Shown: positions 39,779-52,431 of the stretch, one piece after another | Position numbering within the stretch: position 1 is the stretch's first letter | How the letters are laid out: each line of letters begins with the position of its first letter | Origin: Trichosphaerium sp. ATCC 40318 | Taxonomy: Eukaryota > Protista > Tubulinea | Length of the DNA: 64,000 nucleotides | Direction of reading: 5' to 3' | Assembly (NCBI GenBank): GCA_038496445.1 | Contig: JALMLS010000585.1 | Span: forward strand, 248,001-312,000 | Notes under the pieces: generated by a model | The model's database searches: none | What the model was told of the DNA's origin: nothing | Seen by the model: only the letters and a program-made list of their open reading frames with translations | Translations under genes and position numbers: made by a program

Positions 39779-40197
39779 AGAGCCATCAGCTTTACCAGGA
39801 TTGTAGCAGCCATCCAACCCAATACTTGCTCTCAGCTTGTGTAAACTGTGGTGTTTACTTGCTTAATGTACTTAATATACATGACTTAGCAGAAGAGCGT
39901 AATATGAAAGTATTGACTCTCGAGAATCAATTTAACCTCACCTTGAGCTTAAGCATAAAACCACAGTTTATTGAAATATAGCAGTTGCACCAAAATGACA
40001 ACACTGACAATACCAGGAGAGCTTTCGCGGATAATATAGACACAACACAAGCGATGGCTTGTGTTTGCTCTTATTGGTGTGATATCATTGTATCTTTGAT
40101 ACCAACAGTATTGCTTACATTGTCGATTTACTATATTTAGTTTCATTGACATGTGAATTCTAGAATCTAGTATTGCCACTTAGTGTCATATACGTAC

Positions 40198-40213
40198 GTG
40201 ATCACGTGATCAC
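40198..40213. promoter_or_regulatory. Perfect 16-bp palindrome GTGATCACGTGATCAC containing a CACGTG E/G-box, upstream of 7TM copy 1
   Basis: Read directly from the sequence; the regulatory role is inferred. Confidence 0.4.
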
Positions 40214-40721
40214 TTAGATAGGTTACACTTACTTATATTCATTGCTTGATCGTTATCGTTCTGTGAAAGCGTACATATGATAAATTAGGTTGCTATTATT
40301 ATTGATAGTATGAATTTTTTGGCGTGGAATGTAGGTGGACAAAGTCGAACCGAACTTGAAATTGCACACAATACTCTTCCTCGTTTTTTAATTCAACCTT
40401 TGTCCTAGTAAGGGTACCTGTAGCACTTAGTGCTTAGCCTTCTTGATTGAAACGTATAGCAGTACATATATCCAACCATCATACCGCACGTACATGCACG
40501 GGAGCATTGCTTCTGAGATAGTTTCAAAAAAAAGGCTGATTATTGCTTTTTGATGGGAATGGCTTTTTGGAATTACGGGCTCTTTGAGACGCTTTATCAC
40601 CCCATTAGCTTTTTAAGTTTAGGCTGCTATCTGTACCTGCATAGCTAAAGAGTTTTTTTGACTAAAAAAATGTGATATTTTCGATACTTCCTTTTTACGT
40701 AAAAACACCGTTTCAACCAAC

Positions 40722-42316
40722 ATGTCATTGATGAAACCAATAACATCCGATGAGCTACTGTACTTCTCTACTATTCTAGTAAGCTTAGTGTCAATAGTAG
40801 CCTCATCTTGGATGTTTCTTGCTATAATCATGTATCGATCTACTAAACCATTTTCAACGCGTTTACTAGTGTATTTAACAATTGTTGGATTCTCTTTATC
40901 GTTAACTCAGATCATATACGGTATATCGTCCCTAAACCCTTCAAGTACGTTATAGAGTGTGTAATATACACTCTCTAGTGTTTTAAATACGTCCTGACCA
41001 ATAATAACAGAAGAGTTTATGGCTTTTGCCTACTTCGCGGTTTTTTACTCTGATTTGGGGTATAACGTCATAACAATCGTTCTTTCGATACATATGTTCT
41101 CTTGCGTCAAATTCAAGTACGTTTTAGTAATATCAGAGTATTAGGTTGTGTTTTAGATGAACAAGAAATACGTACTTCTGAAATCGAATACTGAACACGT
41201 GCGTTTTTTGGTTTTGTTTTTTGAAATGTTGTAATTTTTATCTTATGTTAACATTGTGTTTAGACACTGCCACTACTTTTTTATCTGATCAATTTTTTTC
41301 GTATACTTATATGAAAGAAATACCTTCAAGAAGAATTTCTAACTGGTCGATACAGGAAAGGTGTTGGTCAGCGAGAAAACATCATTTTGTTTGGTGTTTT
41401 TGTTCTTCCTTTGGTGTTTGCAGTTACTCCATTTGCATGGAACGGATACACACTAGCTGAACAGAATGCGTACGACAAAATGAACACGGCTTCAAGTAAA
41501 CTAAAATATTGTAGTTGTCACGTGCACGGCCGCTCTAAATCTACAACAGCGTACTTTAAAATTCTGCTTGTTTTCAACTATTTTTTATTGAAAACTCATG
41601 AATTGTATAGACTCTATGCCTCAATGGCTGGTGTTCCTTATATATTGGCTATTATCATGACTACAGTATTAAATACGTATTCTTTAATCTATGCTTTCAT
41701 TGTTTACAAGTACAGGGTATGCATAAAATAGTACATTCTTTGTTTTTTTGTTAATTTTTGTTGGCAGCAACCACTTCACCTTTCAAATGAGACACAACAT
41801 GTATGGCCTATCCTGGGCAAACTTGTTCTTTATCCGTATGCGTTTATAGTTATATATGCTGTACCTATAGGGGTATTATTTGGTACATGTTATAACTACG
41901 ACGGTGATGTGGTAAGTGCACTTGTACCTTATTGTTCTTATAATTTTCTTTGTTTTTAGGACTTCTTACTGGTCTTATCAACAGCACTACTTCGATCACT
42001 TATACCTTTTGCAAATACTATAATATTCATTTATTCCTCTGATATATGTGAATGTGGTAAAAAACGTAAGTCTGTTAATCATAACACTAATGTTAACATC
42101 CCTGACTTGTTTTTTTTTTTAGCATCAGCTCAGCTTGTAGTTAACTATACAACAACATTAGATGTCAAACCTGAATTCAAAAGACCACCAGTACCTAGTG
42201 GTACTGATATTGAACCGTTGTGGGGAGGAATGACAACAGACATTGAAGTTATTGCTGGAGCTGCAACAGATATTGAGGTTGTTGGTATGACAACAGATGT
42301 AGAGGCAGATGATTAG
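40722..42316 (+). CDS. 7TM receptor, cAR/CRL-like family, copy 1
   Basis: Seven hydrophobic segments across the exons: RLLVYL (TM2), KLVLYPYAF (TM6), NTIIFIY (TM7). The tail carries TDIE repeats. Confidence 0.75.
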
Positions 42317-42736
42317 AACAACAACAAACCAAGACCTTTTTGTAACATTTGTACATAAAAGAAAACTGAAGTTTATAAAGCGGTCAATCCATGAGTAAAA
42401 AGTACAAATATTACTGATAGTACCCACGTGGTGTAGATGATACTTAGGCTAATGTTACTTACAGTTTGACTCACGACACGCTCTTCCACTTACCTAATAT
42501 AATTTACCACTCGATATTCCAGAACTTGTTGTGACCAAAAGGCACGTGACTGTAAAACTACAGCAACTCAGATTCTTGGCCAAGAAAGGTTTGGAGTTAG
42601 GCGTCTTCAGCCCTGAAAAGGATAATTTAGAAGCTTATGATTTCAAAACACGTCACTGAAGTATTGACAATGAGGGTAAACACTAGGTGAAGCTACTGAT
42701 AAAAATGAAGAAAACAATGTAAAATAATGTGATAGT

Positions 42737-43757
42737 TTATTCTACCGGTTCATAATCTACTCGGAATTTGATTGAGCCAGATTCTGTTTTATCAAGTTCT
42801 ACATCATAGGTCTTGTGAGAAGAATGATCTTTCTTGATTAGTTTTGTCAAATCCACACAGGCTCTGAATACAAGTGTAAGTAGAAGACAAGTTTGGTGAA
42901 GACACAAAAAAAAAATCAACAGAAATGTGTTGACATTTCAACGAAAGTGTCTGGCCGAGAATTTAAGGGAATTGATTGATGTCAAAGTAAAAGTACACGT
43001 ACGATCCCATAAAGTCATCTGTACCCATACGATCCCAGTCACTCATACTTAAAAATAGTGAATGGACAGAGAAAAGTTGATTGATATCAAAAGCGAATGG
43101 CTGGTCTTTATGAAACGTCAATTGTAAGCTGTGCTTGTATACTGCTGTTTTCTTTACTTGACCATGGAATTTAATAACAACATAAGGGTCTGATGACTTC
43201 TTATCTCTTACAGCCAGATTTGAAGCTGAAATAAGTGTAACCTATTGAAGCCATTTAACAAAAAAACAAGAAAATAAAAAGGAGCAACCAAGCTCTTAGA
43301 AGTATTCAATAAAGTAGTAAATGATTTTTCACATGGGCAACAATATCCCATTATAAAAATATAGTGTACCTTGATAGATCCTGTAGGATTTCCAATAGCA
43401 GAGCGAGCCGATAAAATTTTACCTTTTTTGACTTTTGAAAAGTCACGTTTCTTTTTGTTTTTAATAGGTGCACTGTTTATACAAAATATAAGTGTCATGT
43501 ACTGATATTTTAAGTGTTAAATATATTACCTGAGGTACTTATGCTTGAATTCATTAGCAGCTTCGGATGTCAAGTACTCAAAAAGAAGAGGCTCAAAAAG
43601 TTCCCAAAAGTATCTAGTAAACCCGTGCAACATACTCATATATTGTACCCTACAAAAGAAGTACTTGATTTAGCTTAGAACGGAATACGATCGAAGTAAT
43701 CCAAACGTGTATGTTTTCGGAATACGCAAAAACTGGCGCGCTGGTGTGTTTAGACAT
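42737..43757 (-). CDS. C2-domain protein
   Basis: Spliced GSIKVTLISASNLAVRDKKSSDPYVV..DWDRMGTDDFMGSACVDL..GSIKFRVDY; the Ca2+-ligand Asps are retained. Confidence 0.85.
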
Positions 43758-44570
43758 GAAAGCGAAGCGTAGCGTACATTATAACGTAACCAATGAAGCT
43801 TAGAAAGTGTACTCCAACCATACCCAAGAAATACGACAAAACACCGCATAATACTATGGAAATATGCGGTTTAAGGCGAATAAACCATTTATCGAGCCAT
43901 TGTAACTCCAACTCAGTTTCAACACCTGCCAGGTCATTGGCAGTGATACCAGCTGCATTTTACAGTAAGCTTTGCATTATTTAACATGAAACATCATACC
44001 TGTTGTAACAACAGACTTAGCACGCGAGAGCTTCATTATAAGGTGTTTACGGGTATTCAGGAGTACTTCGATAGTCAAAAAAGGTAAAAGCAACTCGTAT
44101 GATGTCATTTGTACAGTGTTTTATTCCACAACAATCGTAGAACAATTCAGCAAGAATACAAGTAGCGTACAGTCCTTTCTTTTTTTTTACAAACTTTGTA
44201 GTCGTTCAAAAAAAAAAAGTCCTTTTTAAGCGCCTTTAGGGTTAGTACATACACCAAAAAGTTATTGGCGTATATTTTTTGAATAGATTAATTATGACCT
44301 CAAAATAATTGCAAATTCCAAAAAGGTCCAGAAGAGATATGAGATCAAAATTGCCTGGACTTTTTTTTTTTTTGGATTTATGAAGGTCGTTTCTTTCTCT
44401 TTTTTGTGGCAACTTTTAGCTCTTCTATAACATACAAAAGGTAAGTACACAATATAATTTGATATAAAAACAATAAAATAGGTTCGGACAGGATAAGGAT
44501 GACGTTCAAAAAGCAAACAAACATCCCTTCTCCAACAAAAAAAATACCAAAAAAAATCTTCTTGCCACGA

Positions 44571-45880
44571 CTAGTTGGACGTACCAAACTGAAAATCTTG
44601 CTTAGTAACTCGACGAAAGTTACTGTGTTTATCAAAGTGCCGGTATAATTTTTGTTGCAAGTGAAACGTTAGCTCTTTTCCTGTCAATTGAAAATCCAAG
44701 GTTATGCGCTTCGGAGAGAGACTTATGCACTGTTGGTAGCACTTTAAGGCAACATCGAAATTTTTTGCTTCTAGAAACATATTTGCTTTGTTCATCCATG
44801 CAGGTGTGAAGTTGGCGTCAATCTCTAAAGCGCGCTCAAAACAAAATAATGCCTCCTGTAATTCGCCGATTTCTTGTAGAGCACATCCCTATACGCAATA
44901 AGCAATCGAATAATCAGCGTTTAACACCAAACCAATGCGAAAAAAAAATATAAAAAGCAAACAAATCGAAACAACACGAATACAAAGCAAAGCGCGCTAT
45001 ATAACGAGCTACACTCACCTTGTTATTCCACGCATCTCTAAACTCTTTATCTTTACTAACAGCCTGAGTAAAACAAGCTATAGCTTCTTCATATTGATGG
45101 TTGTGGTAGAACAGTAGACCTTTGTTATTCAGTAATGAACTGTTATCAGGTAATAGCTCCAATCCTTTATCATAACTGACCAATGCTTCGTCTCTCTTAC
45201 CCAATGACTCGGCTATACATCCTATAAAAACGTTTAGAGATAATATACAAATAAAATCAAAATAATTTGCGCGTATTCTCTTGAAACGCTATAAAAGAGC
45301 GTCTAAAAGATTAAAATAATATAAATCTTTAGTTTAAACAGTATTGTAGAGTGATTAAATAATAATCCGGTTTTCTAGTTTTTGTTTTTCACAAAAAATC
45401 TGCAAAAACGGCGTTAACGGTATATGTAGTTGTTTTAAATAAAACATAAGGTGATATGCTATTAGCTTGTACCTTTATAAAAGTATGCAAGGCCTGATTT
45501 AGGGAATAGTGTTATACACTTTTCTAACGTCTTTAACGCGTCCGTAAACTTGCATAGAAAGTAAAGGGCAACTGCTTTGTTTATCCATGTATCCAGTTGA
45601 TCGCCGGATTGCTTCAGTGATGAACTGAACGCTCTTTGTGCTTCACTGTATTGACCTTTTTGCATAAATGTCAATAAAACCCTTTGTTTTGTTTTTTTTT
45701 TTTTTTCAATCGTTTTTTTTTGGGGCTATTTGCAGTGCTATCGAAAGGATAGATACAAAAAAGACGTTCAACAATCATTTTTTTGGGCAAGGTACCTTTG
45801 TTAAAGAACTGGCAGCCTTTTTTGTAATAGTATCGCCAATCGCGGGACCCGTCTCTTGTACTCCGTAGTCTTAACGACAT
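44571..45880 (-). CDS. TPR-repeat protein
   Basis: Several TPRs: WINKAVALYFLCKFTDAL, LNNKGLLFYHNHQYEEAIACF, AWNNK, WMNKANMF. Confidence 0.85.
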
Positions 45881-46523
45881 TGAGATAAGGGCTATTTTAT
45901 AAACGATAAGCGCTAAATTGTGTCATTGGTGCTGCGCATCCAAGTTTGATAATTCAAAGGGTGTTTTTGGTACCACTGGTTAGGCTATGTGTAATGGAAA
46001 ATAAAAATAAACCAATACACCAGTAACCTTATTTTAAGCCCAGGGCACATACGCCGTTGCTTCGTACGCAAACAAAATAATGTTTTTTACCATTTTGCAG
46101 TAAACTCGAGGGTACCTGCTTCGTAGAAGACGCGCAAGCGAGATAGTTATCGTGCGTTGGTAGAAATATATTAGTTTCCTGTTGGCTACTGTTTGCCTCC
46201 GGTGTCTATATCATGCACTAAAAACGCCCAATTGGCAGTGCACGGAGGTTGGTTTGACAATAACTGCTTTGCAATGGTCAAAATGAATCTCAGCGAGGTT
46301 GCTAAGATCCAACCCTTTTTCAAACACCATACGAAATTCTGTAGCGATTTATCCTATTTTCCCTTTGAGTGCGTGCTGTTTATAACTTTATTTCCGAAAT
46401 CGGTTCTATACGATAGTAGCCACTATTGGTAGTACTAATTCGTCACTATTATTGCCAACGCTTGTTAGTCTCGCAACTTTAAAACGTTACATTTCAATAC
46501 GATAATCTACCGAGTTTGCACAA

Positions 46524-49500
46524 ATGGAGGATTTAGACGTAGATTTGGATTGGGTACGATACAGAATCGAAATTGGGCTCTTTGTTTAGCCCAATTTTGT
46601 TGTACGCTCCAAATTTACTTATTCATACGAAACAGGATGATTTAGAGAAGATGGTAGATTTAAGCGCCCAAGGACTTGATTTTGGAGAAATTCAAATAAA
46701 TGATGAAGCTCTTCTGGAAGGCTTTGAAGATATAGAAAGCCTAGCTGGTACGTAACAGAGACACATACATTTCGTTGACACTTGACTGTCATATCATTTT
46801 AAAACAGGCGCAAACGGACCCATCATGCCACGAGCGGTTCTCATTTAGTTTTTAGCCACCACAGCCCAGCTTGATACATCACTACAAGACGAACAAGCAA
46901 CAAAACAGGAAACGTTTGATTTTGACGACACTTACGGTTTCAACACTTACTCCGGCGTGGAAGATAGCTCTATGAGCTTTACCATTACCGCACCAAATGA
47001 CGCGTCTGTTAAAACACCAGAGTACAGAGAGTCTATTAAAAGAGCTCCACTCTCTGCTAGGGATTTAACTAGCACAATGCCTCCTACGTCCACTGGAGAC
47101 GGCACATCCTTAAATGTCGAGTATGTTTGCCAATAGTTTTTATGATTTATCGTTAACCTATCAAAAAGGGAGCGAAGGTTCACGCGGCGTGCATCTGCGC
47201 CAGCTTTACCGCAAGTATGTCAAGTTTTTCCGTTATTATTTTTTTAAATGCCGTTTGCTTATGGGTCACAGACAGCGCCTCAAACAAACGCCAGAGAGAG
47301 TGGTGCTATTCGTTTAAGTGCTACTGAGTTTGAAGAGAACTTGGAAGGACAAACAAAAGCGAAAAAGGCGCAAGACGAGGTAAGAAAGGTTATTCGTGAA
47401 AAGTAAAGTTACAAACTATTTTTACAAAGGACACATCGAAGTTATATCGAGAAGGTTGGCTTATTAAGAAGGGAGAAGTTAGGAGAAACTGGCGTAAACG
47501 TTGGTTTGTTCTTGATGATCGTAAAGTACATTACTACAGAAAGAAAGAAGATGTCAAAATGGTACAGTAGTTTATTTGATATTGGCTGTTTGTTTAATTT
47601 TTTTGTCCGTTTTTAGGACATCCCTCCTCGTGGTACTATTCCTCTGGATGATGATTGTATAGAGGTTAACCCTGTCAAGTACCCAAAGCGTAGTTTTTGG
47701 TACGTTACTATTCATCAGCTGTCAATCATCAGTCCCCATAAATTACTCACATTTTCATAGCTTTATTGTAAAAACTCCTTGGCGTACATTTTTAATGCAA
47801 GCTTTCTCTGGTAAGTTGTATTTATGGATTTGTACTCTCGTTTGTTGATTGTACTCTTAGCTAAGGACATGTCTGGATGGATTGGTGCTATAAAACAAAT
47901 GATTCCAAAGACCAGCTTGGAGCCTTCTTTTGAGAGGTACAAAGCAAAAAAATAATGTTTTAGTACTTTCTCGTTTGACGAAGTACTAGAGAACGCTCGT
48001 TTTCTGCGCTCCCTGATTGGACTGTAAATTGGTTACATTGTGGTACTCTTACTAAATTGCCGTTGGCTGGAAAGAGAAAAGGATTTTTTGGCACTACACC
48101 TTGCTGGTATATTCTAAAGAATACAAATCTTTATTGTTTCAAAGAGCAACCTCAGGCTGTTGATGATAAAGCTTTTGTGGCACGTGTTTTTGTTTTGTCT
48201 GTTTCTTGAATGACCTGTCGATTGTCTTGCTGATTTTTACGCTAGAATGTAAAACCAATAGGTGTACAGTCTATACTTGGTTGTACAATACTAGAACATG
48301 AGAAAGGAAATGATATTTTTGCTATTGGATACAGTGATGGTTCGTTTCAAATCAACTCTTTGTTATTGTGCTAATAGATTTTTTTGTAGGATCTGTTGAA
48401 GCTTATCAGTGTCCCTCTTCACAAGATAAACAACGATGGATGGCGGCACTTTTATATGGTGTTATTATGGCTGATTTAAAGACTTCTCCGAGCAGTATCA
48501 TTTCTCAGATTAAAACAAAGTTAAAGGTTAGTTACTGCTGATAGCTGCCATAACAAAGCTGAGATTCCATTTTTCTAGGATTACATATTCGCAGAAATGT
48601 TGATAAGTATTGGTGGTGTACATATGCTTATGAAGCTCCTTACTATAAAGCAAGATAGAGAACAGATACCTGCTATCATAACTCTAAAAGTGCGTGCAGT
48701 GTTTGTTCTTACCTGTGTTGACTATAAATGGTTTAACGCTTAAATTTAGGAAGCTATGAACTATGTCAATTGCTTGAAGATTATTGCTGAGAGTAATAAA
48801 TATATCACAGCAATTTTTTCGTTGACGCAGTCAAAGTGTAAGTTGTAACTTTTAGATTAATGGGCGTAACTTAACTATCCTTTAGTCACTGCTGTTTGTC
48901 GGTTTTCTTTAGAAGCACTCCTCCTTTTGTTTACTTTTAATGAGGGCCTTTTCTCTCGAATTAGAGCTGGTGCAGCAAAAGTTAGCGGTAGTAATGAGCG
49001 TAAGTATAAATTGTTTGTTCTTTCTGAATACTAAAATTATTTTCTACAGAACCTTTTGATGGAATTGTTGCGTTTGTAGCTGGCCAAGGAGAAAAAACAG
49101 CACTCAATGCTCTTGCACTACTTAACGTTGTACTAACAACATCTCCGATCGAAGAAGCATTAATTTTCTTGGAGCATTGGAAACAACTAAGTGAGTACTT
49201 GTTGTGTTTTTGAAAAATAACTTTTTCAATAGAACTTGAAGATACTTTGCAAGCCAAAGTTGAAGCTAAAAACAAGTTGTTTTATCAACAGATTAGGATG
49301 TACGAGGTACTATACACAGTTTATTATTAGACCGTGCTTATAAGACATTAAAGATAACTACTGGTACTTCATTTGGTGTTGAAGAGTTACTTGATCAAGA
49401 ACGTATGACAACTGAAAGTTTGACTATGACACGTACACTTCGAAAAACAAGTCCGAACAATAACGACACAGATGATGTTGGTGAACTTAAATCGCGAATT

Positions 49501-52265
49501 GAACAATATCGTAAAGAGATAACAACGCTAAAGGAACAAGTAAATACATACAAAGACCACATGAACACTTATAAAACGTCATGGGAAGATGTACGACCTT
49601 GTTGATTTTTTTGATCCCATGTTAAAACACGTGGAACCTTGTTTACTAAGATAGCTTTTTAGACAACGCAGGAGTTAGGTGTAGCACAGAAAGAGTTCTC
49701 CAAGCTTAAAACAGCGCTATTAAGTGCTGGAATTGGTGAAGATAAGATAACAGAGGTAGACGAGAACGGTCAAGTCACTTTACCTTACTGAATTTCGTAG
49801 GCTTTTAAAAATGCAAACGTTGCTGCTATGGCAGATGTAGGTTCTTGGGAAGTCCCAGAGGCCAATGTTCGCACTCAATCAGTAGCGTAAGTAAAGTAAT
49901 TATTCATTTGTTATAAACGCAAAGCTAGGTCACACAAAAACAGTAATACTGGTCCTACTCCGTTTGTTCCTCTTGTAGTTGTACGCAAAATAATTTATTT
50001 GTTTGGATGATTTCTAAGTTTGTTCGAAGGGTGAAGGAGCTCCTGCACCACCAGCACCTCCAGGAAATGCACCAGCGCCACCACCTCCACCAGGTTCTGG
50101 TGTCATGGCAGGTACTGTTTTTTTTAATATTCGTTTTGCGTTGGTCTAAGTTACTTAAAGGTCCACAACCAACGAAGCCACCTATATATCCTGAGGCTAA
50201 GATGAAGCCTCTATTTTGGACAAGGTTTATAATAGATCCTATGAGCCCAGATTTGTACGTATAGCACTGTTTCAATTTCGACAATGTTGACATCTTCTAC
50301 GAAGAACGATTTGGGAATCTATAAAAGATGAAGTTATTAGTCCTAAACTTCTTGAGCGCTTATTTTCTAAGAATAAAAAGAAGCAACTTAAACCTGCCAA
50401 TGATATTTCATTCCAAGGTATTATGATTAATCTAGTGAAACTAAACCACTTTGGCGTGCTTTTACTACTGTTTGTATTTATCTTGTTTTTTTCTTACTTT
50501 TGTACACTTTAGAGAGCTCGAATAAGGCGACAACAGTACTTAGTACTAAGCGTTATAATGCAGTTGTTATACTCATAAAGAGTTTACCACCTGCTAAGGT
50601 TATCAAAGAAGTTGTATTTACTTTTGATGACAGTAAGATGGACACAGATATCCTACCAACACTTATCTCTTGTGTACGCCATTTTTTCTTGTTTTTTTTT
50701 AACATTCCGTTGGCTTTTTGCTGATCGTTTTGATAATAATTAGCTTCCATCCAAAGAAGAAGTACAAAAGATACAAAAGCAAGAAGTATCTAAACGTGAT
50801 TTTCCAGACATGTACGTACTGTGCAAGTTTTCTTATTTTTTTTTCATTGCTAATTTGCGAGAAGATTCTTGTTGCGGTTATATGCTCTTCCTAATCTAGA
50901 GCCGCGCCTTGCATGTTGGCATTATAAAATGATATACAGTCGCGAGTATGATGCTATAAAAGATCCTCTTGAACAAATTAAGAGAGCTTGTGAGGTACAT
51001 AAACTAAGCACCTGTTGTTAAAATCCAAGAAGTTATTAACTTTAATCTAGGAATTAGAGTACAGCGTTGCATTTAAGACTATACTCGCAACTGTTCTTAC
51101 TGCTGGTAACTACCTTAATGGAGGTACAAGACGCGGTCAGGCAGATGGTTTTGAGCTTGCTGTATTGACAAAACTTGATACATTAAAAGATACTACTGGT
51201 ATTTAATTCGAAGTAAACTCTTTGTCGTGCTAACATACATCAACAGGAAAGTCAAGTCTTCTTATGTTCCTTGTTAAGAAGCTAAAAGCTGAGCAAGGTA
51301 TGCTTTTCTGGAGCCAACTTGATGATCTATCTATGGCAGTAGAAGTAGCAACACAGCACAGCTTTAAGTAAGTTCCTCTTTTTTTTTCTCGAATCTTGAA
51401 TGATATTGTTCCTTCTTGCTTGTATCAACACTAAACTCTGTTTAGAGAACTTTGTAACGAAGTTAAGACATTACAGCAGAGCTCTAGAGGTACGTAGGAT
51501 TAGCACTAAGTGGTGTTTGAGATTTACAGTTTAATCGATTCAAACTGACAAAGAGTAGTGGCAATGACATATGCCAATGAAATAGTTATTGATGGTCCTA
51601 AGGACCGATTTGATAGTGAAGTTCGACCATTTGTAGAACAGAGTGCGCCACTAAGCAATCTTTCAATTGCTTCGCTCTGACCTCTTTTTTTTAGCCGTAG
51701 AACATACTAAGGCTTTAGCTGCAGGCTTTGAACGTTGTAGAGGGCAATTTAAAAACCTTGTAACTTACTTTGGTTACAAAAAAGCAAAAGCAGATAAAAC
51801 ATGTGGTCAATTTTTTGGAACTATAAATACTTTCCTAAAGGCTCTCTTACGTGGTAGAGCATATCTAGATAAGATTAAAGAAAATGCAGCAAAAGAAGAG
51901 AGAGCGAAGAAGACCTTTGAAAATATGTACGTTCTTGATATTTGTGATGCAGTAGAGGCCATACGTTGGTAGTGCTCTTATTTTCTTTTGCTATCTACAC
52001 GTAGATGGCTGGTGCCTACGCGTGTTTTTTTATACTTCGCCTACTCGCGTAGACGGTGATGTCTACTCGAGACAGCTTTTCTTCTTGAAGTGAAAATCGT
52101 TTTTGCTTTGCTATTTGTTAACTAACGTTGTTTGTTCTTAGACGTGAAAAGCGGACAAAGGGTAAAATAGTTGATACAGAAAACGCTTTTGATGATTTAG
52201 CTTTTAAAATTGCTGAAGGTCTTGTATCTCCTGCACCAAGGCCTATTAATATTGTACATCAATAG
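46524..52265 (+). CDS. Formin with two N-terminal PH domains, GBD/FH3-like region, short FH1 and FH2
   Basis: PH1 [21 protein letters not shown]; PH2 [21 protein letters not shown]1 [17 protein letters not shown]2 [22 protein letters not shown]. Confidence 0.9.
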
Positions 52266-52431
52266 ATAATATTTTTATTATAATAGCATCTTGTTACCTC
52301 ATCCCCTAACTAAGGGAATTTCATGTGCTATTGTAGCTGGTTGTAGTAAAATCTCTGTTTTTGTTGTAAATTTAGAAAAAAAGATTTCAGTTTTTTTTTG
52401 TTGGCCTTATCACACTGTTTAAAAATACTGT

